A stretch of DNA of 64,000 nucleotides from Candidatus Hydrogenedentota bacterium. Its GTDB lineage: Bacteria > Hydrogenedentota > Hydrogenedentia > Hydrogenedentales > SLHB01. The position numbers and the translations under genes are program-made. The stretch spans positions 512,001 through 576,000 of the forward strand of contig CAXXYE010000008.1 in the NCBI GenBank assembly GCA_963674865.2, written 5' to 3'. Below, piece by piece: positions 40,101 to 49,478 of this stretch (the first letter of the stretch is position 1; every line of letters begins with the position of its first letter). The notes below the pieces were generated by a model that made no database searches, was not told the DNA's origin, and saw only the letters and a list, made by a program, of their open reading frames with translations.

Positions 40101-40213
40101 TCGACGCGGTATTGGCCCGTGGTGCGAGTCCAGGCAAGTTCCATGGCCCATCCCGGCGCGGCGCCGAGCGCCGCCGCCAGGAGCAGGAGCCAAGACTGAG
40201 TTACCCTTTTCAT
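37136..40213 (-). CDS. Secreted PQQ/FG-GAP propeller protein with C-terminal GH123/DUF4091-like domain
   Basis: Signal peptide, 'DADGDGDKEIV', 'DEP', 'LVYPG…PSVRWEAVRDGLED'. Confidence 0.75.
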   Translation of the reverse strand: MKRVTQSWLLLLAAALGAAPGWAMELAWTRTTGQYRVEAAPSLVDSNDDGAVELLAVNLGGQVMLWNVDGGDMGAGQDGAVAQLPDGRWTSSPSAMGSGSKAQYLFGSVEGLLVALNNDFTQAWTYQLPDETTWSRAVPVILETKDGPAWCIADRSGTITCLDSAGGVRWAMKLDEGPCLTIAQTFALDDGSPALLVPAGNVLCCLDTAGTVLWRRDLGGQMLARPEVLSLGEKRLIVCGAGAGSLFGLNLQGEVLWQTAIGEDMDATIAFLPREDGQPLILCAGLWGNLYAFDAEGRPLWTHVYRAKTRARPLVLDADGDGDKEIVVATYRQKAYVFSHDGELVDELRVSSGMNAFPLALPVEAGAESLLLVSSALVAHRFNPGPPAPIYGAAPQAKGVTAAFSGGEPPCVPASLLVDNPSGALLSVNSGTVDEAGRRLIRGQVSARSRIEVSLPKTPRDAAAKWFAVVRDPNGSILAERTAPIAAPPDAGPPRTRVWSTPAYATFDDTCLHPCRCLDEPDEEQGVVVGPVYEGEVGQGALVIASSEETSLRARVSIQKPAREDGTLFAGGLLLREVVMTGTVNGERVGDALPALGPAGLVTIPPARAAKVWVSVDARGAEPGDYRGSLTVHPLHKEFDEVELDLTIRVADIEMPRRFPLTVCTWDYLPNNWFAERIPRILDDMGRHGVNVFPRSSIPSAEMDANGRLAMDWTKLDAELERLDGRGTILFQISQPLITLPKTVGADERRRLQIEYLHAFRDYLGKRGWTYDRYAFYPTDEPGLHYGERVPALADAAGLFREADPRFRVYTDPVPGLSWKDFQRVEPLVDVWCPNMRLVTGLLVDDPRIERIMASGKPVWSYECVAQVKSLSPLRYNRANAWRAYYFGLDGIGHWTYSTTSVNQWYPGTTTDDEYALVYPGTMPVPSVRWEAVRDGLEDVAALMLLSEHIETSRGIDGKRALVAQAEAELRIACTDMMELSDEAFVESRDFLKEGDRRIWHTREDVRMLQAHRTRIAALTLALGE

Positions 40214-40214
40214 A

Positions 40215-41576
40215 TTACTTCTCCTTTTGCCCGGCCAGCGCTGCGTCCAGTTCGAGAAGCGCTGCGGGCAAGTGAATATGCAGGTCGTTATGTGCCAGAT
40301 TCCCATGGAGGAATGGTACGAAATCGGAGGCATAGCCGCCTTCCGCGGCCTTCGTGGCATCGGGCGCGTAGCCGATGGTGTCGTTGGCGACACTCACGAC
40401 AAGCGTGACGTCGCCCTGTGCGTTCTTCACCACCTCATCGCGCACGGCCTGAAACGTCTCGAAGCCTGAGGCTAGGATGCGGATCGTGCCCAGTCGCAGC
40501 CCGTACACCTCCGTCGCGTCGCTCGGCCGCTCGCCCGACTCGATGCGCCCGATGATTCGGCGCAGGGCCGCCGCCCACACCGTGTCCATGCGGAGGTCGA
40601 GGCCCTCGCGTCCGGGGAGATCGCGCACGTCGAGTGCATGAAGCCGGCCTTCCCTTTCCCGAAGCATCTCGTGCAGCGCGTCGAGTTCATACGGCTTGCG
40701 CGGGAAATCCACTTCCCGCGAGACATACGCCAGAGGCTCGGCGTCAAAGGGCTCCGTCTCAGCCAGGCCCTTGCGCACGGCGTTTGCGTAGCGGCCCGCC
40801 ACGATGTCGAGCGCAAGCAACGCCTCTTGCTCCGGTTTGTGGACGCAGCAGGAGTTCACGTCGCCGTTCGCGCCCTGTAGGAATAATCCCACCGCGCCTG
40901 GGCGCTCGCGCTCGAGCAGATTTGTTGCCACGCCGGCGTAATCGCCGTGAATGTAACGCGTAAGCTGACAGCAACACACGGGATGGCACCCGAAGTAGCT
41001 GATGAAGCCGGTGAGCTGCCCCTCCGACTTGGCCGTGATCACATGGCACACCGTGTCGGTGAGTTCAGGCTTGGCCGGGCGCCAGTCCGGTTGCAGGACT
41101 TCCTCGAGCGGGGGGCCGTCGCGATCATACTCCCGGTTCAGCCCGACGCCTTCACATGGCACCACGGCGTGGCCGAATTCTACGTCCTGCAAGCGGCCCA
41201 GCGCATCCACGCAGGCCTTGGCGATGCGGGCTGGGAGCATTTCCACATAGACGGCGTCCGCCTCGCCCCAACCTATCGTGAAGCACGTGGAAGGGCCGCT
41301 ATGCGTGTGGGAGCAGCAGATGCAGACGGCCTCGCCCGGCAGGCCGGTGTGCTCTTCCACCAGGGCGCGTGCCTTACGGGCCGTGTCGCGCGTAACGCCC
41401 ACCAGATCGCACGACACGAGCACGGCCCGGCCGCCGTCATTCGACTCAACCGCCATGGCGCGTGCCCACAACTGATCCCGGATGCCGATGCTCTTCCGGC
41501 AGAGGAAGGGGCCGAAGCCGGCCATCTCTACGCCCACCCTCGGTGTTATATCGTTCTTCGCAAATCCCGCGCGCAT
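40215..41576 (-). CDS. Neutral/alkaline ceramidase-like amidohydrolase
   Basis: 'DITP', 'D.LWARA', 'SHTHSGP', 'CHP', 'GDY' and 'FLQGANGDVN'. Confidence 0.8.
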   Translation of the reverse strand: MRAGFAKNDITPRVGVEMAGFGPFLCRKSIGIRDQLWARAMAVESNDGGRAVLVSCDLVGVTRDTARKARALVEEHTGLPGEAVCICCSHTHSGPSTCFTIGWGEADAVYVEMLPARIAKACVDALGRLQDVEFGHAVVPCEGVGLNREYDRDGPPLEEVLQPDWRPAKPELTDTVCHVITAKSEGQLTGFISYFGCHPVCCCQLTRYIHGDYAGVATNLLERERPGAVGLFLQGANGDVNSCCVHKPEQEALLALDIVAGRYANAVRKGLAETEPFDAEPLAYVSREVDFPRKPYELDALHEMLREREGRLHALDVRDLPGREGLDLRMDTVWAAALRRIIGRIESGERPSDATEVYGLRLGTIRILASGFETFQAVRDEVVKNAQGDVTLVVSVANDTIGYAPDATKAAEGGYASDFVPFLHGNLAHNDLHIHLPAALLELDAALAGQKEK

Positions 41577-41583
41577 AATCCGT

Positions 41584-42870
41584 CTACTCCTTGTTTGTCT
41601 CGAAATACTCCCTCACCGCCGGGAGATTCTCCGTTACTTTCCGAACGGCCGACACGATCTGATCGATGTAATCCTTGTCGCCCAGCAGATGCTGGTGCGG
41701 CAGCACGGCCGCCGTCTCGGCGCACGCCTTCTCCGCGTTGGCCAGGCTGAGCGAAGCGTAGTCCTGCATGACCTCCGGATTGCGGAAAGGCACGGGACTG
41801 GTGTCGTCATACAGGTTGAGCAGCCGGTTGCGGTATACCACGCCGTAGCTGCCGTTGAAATCGACGCCCTCCTTGGACAGCGCCTTGAAGAACTGATCGC
41901 GATGGACACTGTCGGCCTGCGCCGGTTCGTAGTGCGCTGTCAAGCAGTAGTACGCCTGCCGCGTGACACGCGTGTCGCGGGGGACGATCTGGAGCGGCCC
42001 GCCGATGCCGTCGAACGCCTCCCGCAGGTACGCCACATTCTCCTCGCGTTTCGCCGTCTGTTCTTCCAGCCGCGACAGGCCGCCGCGCAGCAGCACGGCC
42101 TGCATTTCCGTGATCCGGTAATTGTGCCCGTAGCGATTGGCCGGTGCCAAGCGTTCATAAGGGACCTCCTGGGGCGATTCCGGCGCCCAGCCAACCTGTT
42201 TCAGGGCAAAGCACGTCGCGTAGACGGCCTCGTCATCCGTAGTTACCGCGCCGCCCTCACCCGAGGTGAGCACCTTGCTTTGTTGAAAGGAGAAGCTCCC
42301 AGCATCACCGATGGCGCCAGCCGCCTTGTCGCGCCAGCGGCTGCCCTGCTGATGCGCCACGTCCTCCACCACTTTGACGCCGTGCTCCCGGGCGATGCGC
42401 ATCAGCGCGTCCATATCGCACATGCAGCCGTAAAGATGCACCGGGATCACGGCCTTCGTCTTCGGCGTAATGGCCGCCTCGAAGGACTCCGGATCGAGGC
42501 AAAGAGTCATTGGATCGACATCGGCGAAGACGACATTCGCGCCGATGTCCAGCGCGGCCTGCGCCGTCGCCACCCACGTCACGCCCGGGACGATCACTTC
42601 GTCGCCCGGAACCACCCCGACGGCCTGGAGCGCGCACTGAAGCGTCACCGTGCCGTTGGACATGGCCAGGCAGTACCGCGTTCCGATGAAGGCCCGATAC
42701 TCCTCGCAAAACGCCTGTTCATGCGGGCCAAGCCAGCTCCACTTGCCGCTCTCGACGACCTGGCGCATCCATTCGAGTTCCTGCGGGCCGACGATCGGCC
42801 ATTTCGGTTCCGGTAGTGTTCGCGCCGGTTCGCCGCCCAGAAGGGCCAGTATGTTTTGGGGAAGAGACAT
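41584..42870 (-). CDS. DegT/DnrJ/EryC1/StrS PLP aminotransferase (AHBA synthase/inosose aminotransferase-like)
   Basis: 'LALLGG.P', 'NGTVTL', 'PVHLYG', 'EDVAH', 'SFQQSKVLTSGEGG' and 'NYR'. Confidence 0.9.
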   Translation of the reverse strand: MSLPQNILALLGGEPARTLPEPKWPIVGPQELEWMRQVVESGKWSWLGPHEQAFCEEYRAFIGTRYCLAMSNGTVTLQCALQAVGVVPGDEVIVPGVTWVATAQAALDIGANVVFADVDPMTLCLDPESFEAAITPKTKAVIPVHLYGCMCDMDALMRIAREHGVKVVEDVAHQQGSRWRDKAAGAIGDAGSFSFQQSKVLTSGEGGAVTTDDEAVYATCFALKQVGWAPESPQEVPYERLAPANRYGHNYRITEMQAVLLRGGLSRLEEQTAKREENVAYLREAFDGIGGPLQIVPRDTRVTRQAYYCLTAHYEPAQADSVHRDQFFKALSKEGVDFNGSYGVVYRNRLLNLYDDTSPVPFRNPEVMQDYASLSLANAEKACAETAAVLPHQHLLGDKDYIDQIVSAVRKVTENLPAVREYFETNKE

Positions 42871-42928
42871 GTTGCGATACTCCGAGTGCTTCCTACGAGG
42901 ATTCGTCCTGGGAACCGAAACGTATACC

Positions 42929-45900
42929 TCACTGAGTGACGGGACTCAAATACAAGCCGCTATGTCGGGAATCGCCGTGGAACTGTCCCGAAGCCACCGC
43001 GAATGGGGCGGAGGGCGTGTTGGTCTCTACGGCATTGAGCCAGGTTTCGTCGTCGCCTCCGAGCATGTCAAGGTAGCCGTCGCCGTCCACGTCGGCCACC
43101 AGGAGCGAGCCGCCGTATTTTATCTTTGCCCCGCCGAGGGTGAAGCTGTGGGGCGTATAGCGCCAGAGCAGGCTGCCGTCATTGCCGTAAGCACGCACCT
43201 GATAGGCGAGGTCCGACGCGAAGAGCAGATCGAGCCGGCCATCGCCATCCAGATCGACGGGCGCAGGCGTCTGAAGGAGCCGGCCCGGCATGGCGATTGC
43301 CCTCAGCAGCGCCCCCTCCGCCGAGTAGATGCCAAGCTCTTTGCCGCTCGTTTGCTGCGCGAGGATCTGGAGTTCCTTCGTGCCTTCGAAGTTCGTCACT
43401 ACGGGACACCAGTCCGGTTCACGCGACACCTCAGCCGACCACAGTACCGCTCCGTCGTTGTCGAAGACACTCAGCGTTCCTTTGTTATCGGTTCGGGCGT
43501 AGCTGACAACCTCATCGCGCCCGTCGTCGTCGAGATCGGCCACGGCCGGCGCGTGCATGCTCTCTCGGTTCAGCGCCGCTTCCCACAGCTTCGTGCCGTC
43601 CGTGCCGGAGAGCGCCACGAGGACGCCGTCGCCGCCCGCGATGACATCGAGCGCCCCGTCGCCGTTCACGTCGCCCAGGGCGGGAATGCCGAACTTCTCG
43701 CCCAGGCCCGTCACGTGCCACAGAGGATCGCCCTTCGCCGAAAACGCCGCCACCTCGCCGTGCTTCGTGGCGGCGGCCACATCCGGCGTGCCGTCGCCCG
43801 TGAGGTCGCCGATGACGGGCGAGGTCGTATCCGCCAGATCCTTGCTCCATCGCACCGCGCCGTCGCTTCCGAGCAGGGCGAGGCCAGGCCCGCCGACGGC
43901 GATCTCGTCGATATTATCGCCATCCACGTCGGCCACGGTGGGGAAGGGCTGCGCGGCGTCGACGTCATACGTCCACAAGGTTTTTCCGTTGGCATCCAGG
44001 GCGAATAGCGCGCCGTCGGGCGCCCTCGTATCGAGAATGACGGCAAGCCGGCCATCGGCATCGATCCGGGCGACGGCCGGTGAACTCAGGAGCGCCCCGT
44101 TGAAGGTGCGCCGCCACCAGAGCCGCGGCTTGGCCGCGATGACGAAATACTGCCCCTTGCCGCAGGCAAATGTTACCGTGCCATCATCCGTGTCCTTGGC
44201 GGCGTCCGGCATCGCCTCCCAGCGCTTGTCCTGCCACGAGTAGGCGGTGAGAGATGAAGCCAGTGTTTCCTGGGCCGCGTCATTGTCGTAGGGAACGCAC
44301 AAGGCCAATCCATCGAGCAGAAGGGCCTTATCCTCACGCAATAGGAGGAAGTCGGAGAGGATCGTTTCCGGCAGCCCCGTCGCGTCGGACACGGGATTAT
44401 CCGACATCCGTTCGAGGACTACTACGGCCCCGTCAGTGTCCTGCGCCGGCGTCAGCGTCGCCATGAGTCCGCCTTTCGCCCCGGCCACGGGCACGGCGAT
44501 CTGCTCCCCGGCCTTACCGGAGAAACGCAGGGGAGTGACGCTCGCGAGGAGCACGGATTGCTCCTCCGATTCGCTGCCGACGGGCCACGCCGGATTGCCC
44601 CAGGCCTCAACCGTGAAGGTGACCCGCCCCGTGTTCTTCTCCCCGGCGGGGGGGATCGTGAAGGCAAAGGATCCCGCGTCATCTTCGCTCGCCGCGCACA
44701 ATGCCTGGCCCTCTTTGCCGTCGGGAAACCGGTAGCGGCAGAGCACCTTGACGATCCCCGAGAGATCGGCGACGCGGACGCGGCCGAGAAGCGGCTGCGT
44801 CCTGTCCACGCGCGGGGGATAATCCCAGGGGCCAATCGCGGGCCCCGCCGGATTCGTCGCCACCAGGATCGTGCCCTCGTCGAGGGGCGTGGCGTCCGAA
44901 GCGTCCACAAAACGCAGTTCCACCGGCCCTTGCGCGACATTCGCGGGAAAGGCCACGCGAAACGCCTGCGCCCCGGACTGCGCGTCCGCCGGACAGGAGC
45001 CCGCGCGGCCATCGCTCCAGCGGTAGTCGAGGCGGATCTCATGGGCGTCGGGCCCCGGTTGGGCCATCACCACGAAATGCCCTTCACTGGGCCGCACCGA
45101 TGCCGACGCCCGCCAGTGCAAGGACAAGCGCGTCTCCACGTCGTAGAGGTCGAGCCAGGCCTTCATGAGCGCGCCGGGCAAGCCCGAGTTGCGGTACACG
45201 CACCCTCCCGAGTGCTCTAGGATGAGCCCCTCGCGCACAAGCGTCGTCAAGGACCACCCCGCCAGCCGCCGGGCGAGCATCAGGTAGGCCTTCTTGCCCG
45301 TTGCTTCGTAGGCCTTGAGCGAGAGGTCGATCCAGTTGCCGATCACGCCCGGCTCGATGCCGTCTTCCAGCGGCGTGTTGCTGAGATGCTCGAGGCGCGC
45401 TTCGACAACGTCGAGATAACGCTGCTCGCGCGTCAGCGCGTACGCCTCCCAGCAGGCCATGACTGCGTAAGTCTCGGCGTATTCGCCATGAGCCCACGGA
45501 TCGACCTTGCCGATCACCTTGCCCGTCGCCGGTACGAGGGACGCGGCCAGTTCCCCGGTGGCGGTGTCGAAGCCGTACTTCAGGTGCGAGTCCACCATGC
45601 CCAGGGCGCGTTCCCGCACGTATGGATCCGGATAGAAGGCCAGGCCTCGCAGCAGCATGTAGGCAAGGAGCAACTGCGTTTTCGAGTTCTCCGAGCCGCC
45701 GCCGGAGCTTACGTATCCGGGCAGAATGCCCGTTGTTTCATCGCGGTGCCGCCAATACAGATCCGCGGCTTTGCGCGCCCATTCCAGGTGTTCCGGCTCG
45801 CGTGTCTTCGAGTAGAGAAACATGAAGCTGTAGGCGAACAGGCCGGAATGCTTGATATACGTTCCCCGCACGGGCAGCGGGTCGAACTCGCCCGTGTAGT

Positions 45901-46582
45901 AGTTTCCGTGGCGATCGTAGAGAAACGCGTCCTTGTCGTAGACGTGGATTCGGTGGATCGCCTCGATTTCGCGCTGGACGGCTTCCGGGGCGATGTCCCA
46001 AAGCAACTCCCAATCGGGCAGGTTGTGCTCCATCTCATGGCGCGTGGCGTTGATGCGATCCCGCGCGCAGTTGTATGACAGGTGTTCGCCCCAGGGGAAC
46101 AGGCCGGTGGTCTTGCTCGGGCATTCCCTGAGCCAGAAGCGCAGATATGCCTCAGCGGCCTCCTGGTAGCGCTTGTCGCCCGTCGTGTCCGAGAGCTGGC
46201 AGAAGGCGCGGAGCGTCGGCATATCCCGGTACAGGTTACAGCCCTGAGCTGTCATGATGTAGTCTTCCGCGTCCCAGTAGGTTTGCCAGTTCGGCGGCTT
46301 CTCCTGCACCATCCCGCCCGTCGCCGGATCGATAATGCCTACCCAGAGCGGCGTCGGCCGCGGGCCGTACCTGTCCGGCGCGGCGTCGATTAGCGTGTCC
46401 CCGAAGCGGCAAGCTTCATCCAGCCATTGCTCGAATTCCCAGCCTCCCTGCACGGCAATCGAGGTCCATGGCGGCTCCTGAGCGGCCGCCGAAGCGGCCT
46501 CCCATGGCGCGGCGGGCGCCAAGGCCAGCGCCGGGCAGAAGCAAATCAACAACGCGCTAAGTCTCGCACGGGGGACAATCAC
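42929..46582 (-). CDS. Large secreted protein: alpha/alpha-toroid (lyase/epimerase-like) N-terminus and FG-GAP propeller C-terminus
   Basis: Signal peptide, 'GLFPWGEH' and 'RHE', multiple D-x-D-G-D-G FG-GAP loops. Confidence 0.7.
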   Translation of the reverse strand: MIVPRARLSALLICFCPALALAPAAPWEAASAAAQEPPWTSIAVQGGWEFEQWLDEACRFGDTLIDAAPDRYGPRPTPLWVGIIDPATGGMVQEKPPNWQTYWDAEDYIMTAQGCNLYRDMPTLRAFCQLSDTTGDKRYQEAAEAYLRFWLRECPSKTTGLFPWGEHLSYNCARDRINATRHEMEHNLPDWELLWDIAPEAVQREIEAIHRIHVYDKDAFLYDRHGNYYTGEFDPLPVRGTYIKHSGLFAYSFMFLYSKTREPEHLEWARKAADLYWRHRDETTGILPGYVSSGGGSENSKTQLLLAYMLLRGLAFYPDPYVRERALGMVDSHLKYGFDTATGELAASLVPATGKVIGKVDPWAHGEYAETYAVMACWEAYALTREQRYLDVVEARLEHLSNTPLEDGIEPGVIGNWIDLSLKAYEATGKKAYLMLARRLAGWSLTTLVREGLILEHSGGCVYRNSGLPGALMKAWLDLYDVETRLSLHWRASASVRPSEGHFVVMAQPGPDAHEIRLDYRWSDGRAGSCPADAQSGAQAFRVAFPANVAQGPVELRFVDASDATPLDEGTILVATNPAGPAIGPWDYPPRVDRTQPLLGRVRVADLSGIVKVLCRYRFPDGKEGQALCAASEDDAGSFAFTIPPAGEKNTGRVTFTVEAWGNPAWPVGSESEEQSVLLASVTPLRFSGKAGEQIAVPVAGAKGGLMATLTPAQDTDGAVVVLERMSDNPVSDATGLPETILSDFLLLREDKALLLDGLALCVPYDNDAAQETLASSLTAYSWQDKRWEAMPDAAKDTDDGTVTFACGKGQYFVIAAKPRLWWRRTFNGALLSSPAVARIDADGRLAVILDTRAPDGALFALDANGKTLWTYDVDAAQPFPTVADVDGDNIDEIAVGGPGLALLGSDGAVRWSKDLADTTSPVIGDLTGDGTPDVAAATKHGEVAAFSAKGDPLWHVTGLGEKFGIPALGDVNGDGALDVIAGGDGVLVALSGTDGTKLWEAALNRESMHAPAVADLDDDGRDEVVSYARTDNKGTLSVFDNDGAVLWSAEVSREPDWCPVVTNFEGTKELQILAQQTSGKELGIYSAEGALLRAIAMPGRLLQTPAPVDLDGDGRLDLLFASDLAYQVRAYGNDGSLLWRYTPHSFTLGGAKIKYGGSLLVADVDGDGYLDMLGGDDETWLNAVETNTPSAPFAVASGQFHGDSRHSGLYLSPVTQ

Positions 46583-46759
46583 AAGAACTCTCCTTGCAGC
46601 ACTTACGGCAGATCATGCGCCGTCGGAACACGCCAATGCGGCATCCTATCAGGCGGCGCGGCCGCACCTCAAAGAAGCCCCGCAAACGCCCATTTCGCGC
46701 TATACTTACGATGCTCATCATACAGTTCTGGGGGCTTCACAACCGACGGGAGCAGGCCC

Positions 46760-47080
46760 ATGGATAACGACAGTCAGCGTGAGGACGCCAGCAAGGTCAA
46801 ACTGTGCGAAGTCCAAGGCAAAACCTCCGTCTTCATCGACGCCGAAATCGGTGAGGACGGGGGCCTTGTCATTTCCGGACAGGACATTGGCGAGGCCGCG
46901 GAGGAGTACTGGGGCGACAGCGATTACGAATACTGGCTTGTGGTGCCGGGCGAAGAGAAAGATCGCCTTCTCCTGGCGCTGCTCGAAGCGCACTACGGCG
47001 GCGACACCAAGTTAGTCTCGAAGCTGTCCGACCTCATGAAAGCCAAGGGCATTTCCTACAAATTCGACAGCTATGCGTGA
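46760..47080 (+). CDS. Small hypothetical protein
   Basis: 106 aa acidic ORF with GGGAG RBS, 'GQDIG…WGDSDYEY'. Confidence 0.7.
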   Translation: MDNDSQREDASKVKLCEVQGKTSVFIDAEIGEDGGLVISGQDIGEAAEEYWGDSDYEYWLVVPGEEKDRLLLALLEAHYGGDTKLVSKLSDLMKAKGISYKFDSYA

Positions 47081-47104
47081 TGCCGTATCCGCTCCCTCGG
47101 CCTG

Positions 47105-48310
47105 TTACGACTGGTATAGCCGCACCAGTTCCGGGAAGGTCGTGATGCGCCGGCCGTCACGATCGACCTCCGCCACAATCTTGTCCGTGCGAGACTGAAG
47201 TACCGGCTCGACATACTCCGGCGCGTAGCGCGTCGCCCGATGAATGCGTTTGCCCAAGTGATGCGGCCCCTGGCCCACGAAAGGCGAGTAGAAGTCCCAG
47301 ACGATCTCCTTGTCGGGCGTCACTTCGAACAGGTGCCCCGCGTCGCATTCGCAGATGAGCGTGTTCCCATTGGGAAGCCGCTGGTTGCCGGAGCGGAAGG
47401 GTGAGAAAAAATCCGGGCCATTCTCGTACTGCCAAACGATATCGCCCGACACCGGCTCAATCTCGCGCACAATGGAATGGCCGCGATACGTGCCGTTGTC
47501 GAAGACAAGGATGTTGCCGCTCTCGAGCATCGTCGGCTGATGCTGGCCGTCCAGGACGCCCAGCCCATAGCACCAGACGATGGCGTCGCGTCCGGGATCG
47601 ACGATGCCGATAACGTCCAAGTGCCGCAGGCTGAACAGGATGTTCCCCGCCTTGAAGCGTTCATCCTTTTCGCCAAGCGGCGTCGGCGGCAGCACCTCAA
47701 TGGTGTTCGCATGCGCCCAGTCCGCCGGGCCGTACGGCGTGAACTCGCCGCTGCCGTCCTCGCGCATGTAAGGAATGGGGAAGGGCAATCCGGCGCGCTC
47801 GCATAATTCCTCTATATGATCGCCGAAGGAGAAGCGCCAGGCGATCTCCTTGTCCCGCGTGATGCGTAGGATCAGATCCGTGCGCATGTAATCGGGCTCT
47901 ACGCCCGGCGCGTAGAATCCCGGCCGAACCGGCTCGTGCAGCGCCGCAAGGCCGACCACTTCATCCTCGCCAAGCCAGAAGTCGTGGTGATTGGCGTTGA
48001 TCAGGCCGTCGAATCCCGTCCATCGCCACACGGTGGTGCTGTCCGGCGTGAGTTCCTCGAGCCAGGCGCCGCAATTGTGGGTGAATAGGTTGCCGTTCGG
48101 CAGCAGCTCCGCCACGTTGCTGTGCGTCACCTTCCAGGTATGCACCAGCAGGCCCCGCATGTCGATGAGATACTCCTGATCGCCCCACGCGGGCGAGAAC
48201 AGCGTGTATCCCGGATCGCACTTCTCGGGCGTGTACTTCACAACGCCGAACGTCCCGCCGTGAAGCCGCGCCTTCTCTCCTGCCGTCAGCAACTTCCCAT
48301 CAAGGTACAT
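47105..48310 (-). CDS. Arylsulfotransferase (ASST)-like beta-propeller protein
   Basis: 'HHD', 'DWAHAN', 'QHQP…VFDNG' and 'QRLPNGNTLI'. GGAGG RBS. No signal peptide. Confidence 0.82.
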   Translation of the reverse strand: MYLDGKLLTAGEKARLHGGTFGVVKYTPEKCDPGYTLFSPAWGDQEYLIDMRGLLVHTWKVTHSNVAELLPNGNLFTHNCGAWLEELTPDSTTVWRWTGFDGLINANHHDFWLGEDEVVGLAALHEPVRPGFYAPGVEPDYMRTDLILRITRDKEIAWRFSFGDHIEELCERAGLPFPIPYMREDGSGEFTPYGPADWAHANTIEVLPPTPLGEKDERFKAGNILFSLRHLDVIGIVDPGRDAIVWCYGLGVLDGQHQPTMLESGNILVFDNGTYRGHSIVREIEPVSGDIVWQYENGPDFFSPFRSGNQRLPNGNTLICECDAGHLFEVTPDKEIVWDFYSPFVGQGPHHLGKRIHRATRYAPEYVEPVLQSRTDKIVAEVDRDGRRITTFPELVRLYQS

Positions 48311-48374
48311 GGGACCTCCTGTCTATACGAGTGATATTCGTCGCGAGACTGCCTGGAAGGCCGGCGGTATAGGA

Positions 48375-49151
48375 CTAGCATTCCTTGAGGCACTTCACCG
48401 CAAGTTCAGGCATGTTCCGGATCAGCGCAAACTTGGATTCTTTCGGAATGGCAAGGATAGTCGTTTCCGTGGCCGCTTTCACCGTGACGCGGTAGGAGTT
48501 ATCGCGAAGGTACGCGCCCGGTTCTATGAAGCCCAGAAACAGGTCCTCGGCGTCAATAGGCTCCTCACGCTCCGCCGTCTCGCGCACGAGCGCGCCTTCG
48601 AGCAATTGATAAAGCGTTTCCGCCGGATCCCCCGCTCTGAAGACGATCTCGCCCGGGCCCTTCAACTGTTGCCGCTCGTGGAGCGCGAATAACTCGCGAT
48701 CATCCCGCAACGCTTCCGTAGTCCTCCTCAAACGCTCCGCGAACCGATTGCAGAGGATCCGCGTGAAGACAGGGAACTCCTCCATGATCACATTCAGGTG
48801 CTCCGGCCTCATGCGGAGCGCGTAAGTGACTCCGGAGCTTCTTACGGATGCCGTGCGCAAACCTGCGTCCAGGTAGGCCATCTCGCCCACGAACGCCGGC
48901 GAGGACGCGTCCGGCGCCTCGACGGCCGCCAAAGGCTCGGGCGGCCGGTTGTCGGCTGGCTCCGAGTGCGTTTCGACCACGAATGCGCCCTTGAGTACAA
49001 GGTAGAGGTCCAGCGACGTCTCGTCCGCCGTGATGAGGTACTCCCCGTCGTCAAAACAGACGCGGGCAATGCCGTCACACCGCTGAACGAGCCGATGGTA
49101 TTCCGAGTCCTCCCGCAGGCCAACGTCCGCGAACTCAAATGTCCCTGACAT
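48375..49151 (-). CDS. Tandem cyclic-nucleotide-binding domain protein
   Basis: 'LYLVLKG…FVGEMAYL…RTASV' and a second unit 'GEIVFRAGDPAETLYQLLEG'. GGAGG RBS. Confidence 0.8.
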   Translation of the reverse strand: MSGTFEFADVGLREDSEYHRLVQRCDGIARVCFDDGEYLITADETSLDLYLVLKGAFVVETHSEPADNRPPEPLAAVEAPDASSPAFVGEMAYLDAGLRTASVRSSGVTYALRMRPEHLNVIMEEFPVFTRILCNRFAERLRRTTEALRDDRELFALHERQQLKGPGEIVFRAGDPAETLYQLLEGALVRETAEREEPIDAEDLFLGFIEPGAYLRDNSYRVTVKAATETTILAIPKESKFALIRNMPELAVKCLKEC

Positions 49152-49478
49152 GGCGTCCTCCCCGTCGTATGCCCTTCCCATCGCAAGCATGCCGCCGCAG
49201 CGCACTGCGATGGGGGAAAGGCACTCACGAGTATACACCCAATTTAGCGGCAACGCAGCCAGGCGGCCAAAAACCATCAGGGGGGCGGCCTATCTGGACG
49301 GCCCATGAGCAGTCACGTCATGAGGGGGGAGAAGAACGGCTTGGGCCCGTTGCTTTGCCGCGGCGCGTATCTTACAATGACCGTATGCGTGATATCTTCG
49401 AGTTAATCATCGAAGTCGATTTGTACGCTCAGATCGCGCATCCCGCATATCATTCCCAAGAACTCAGGAGGGCGAGTA

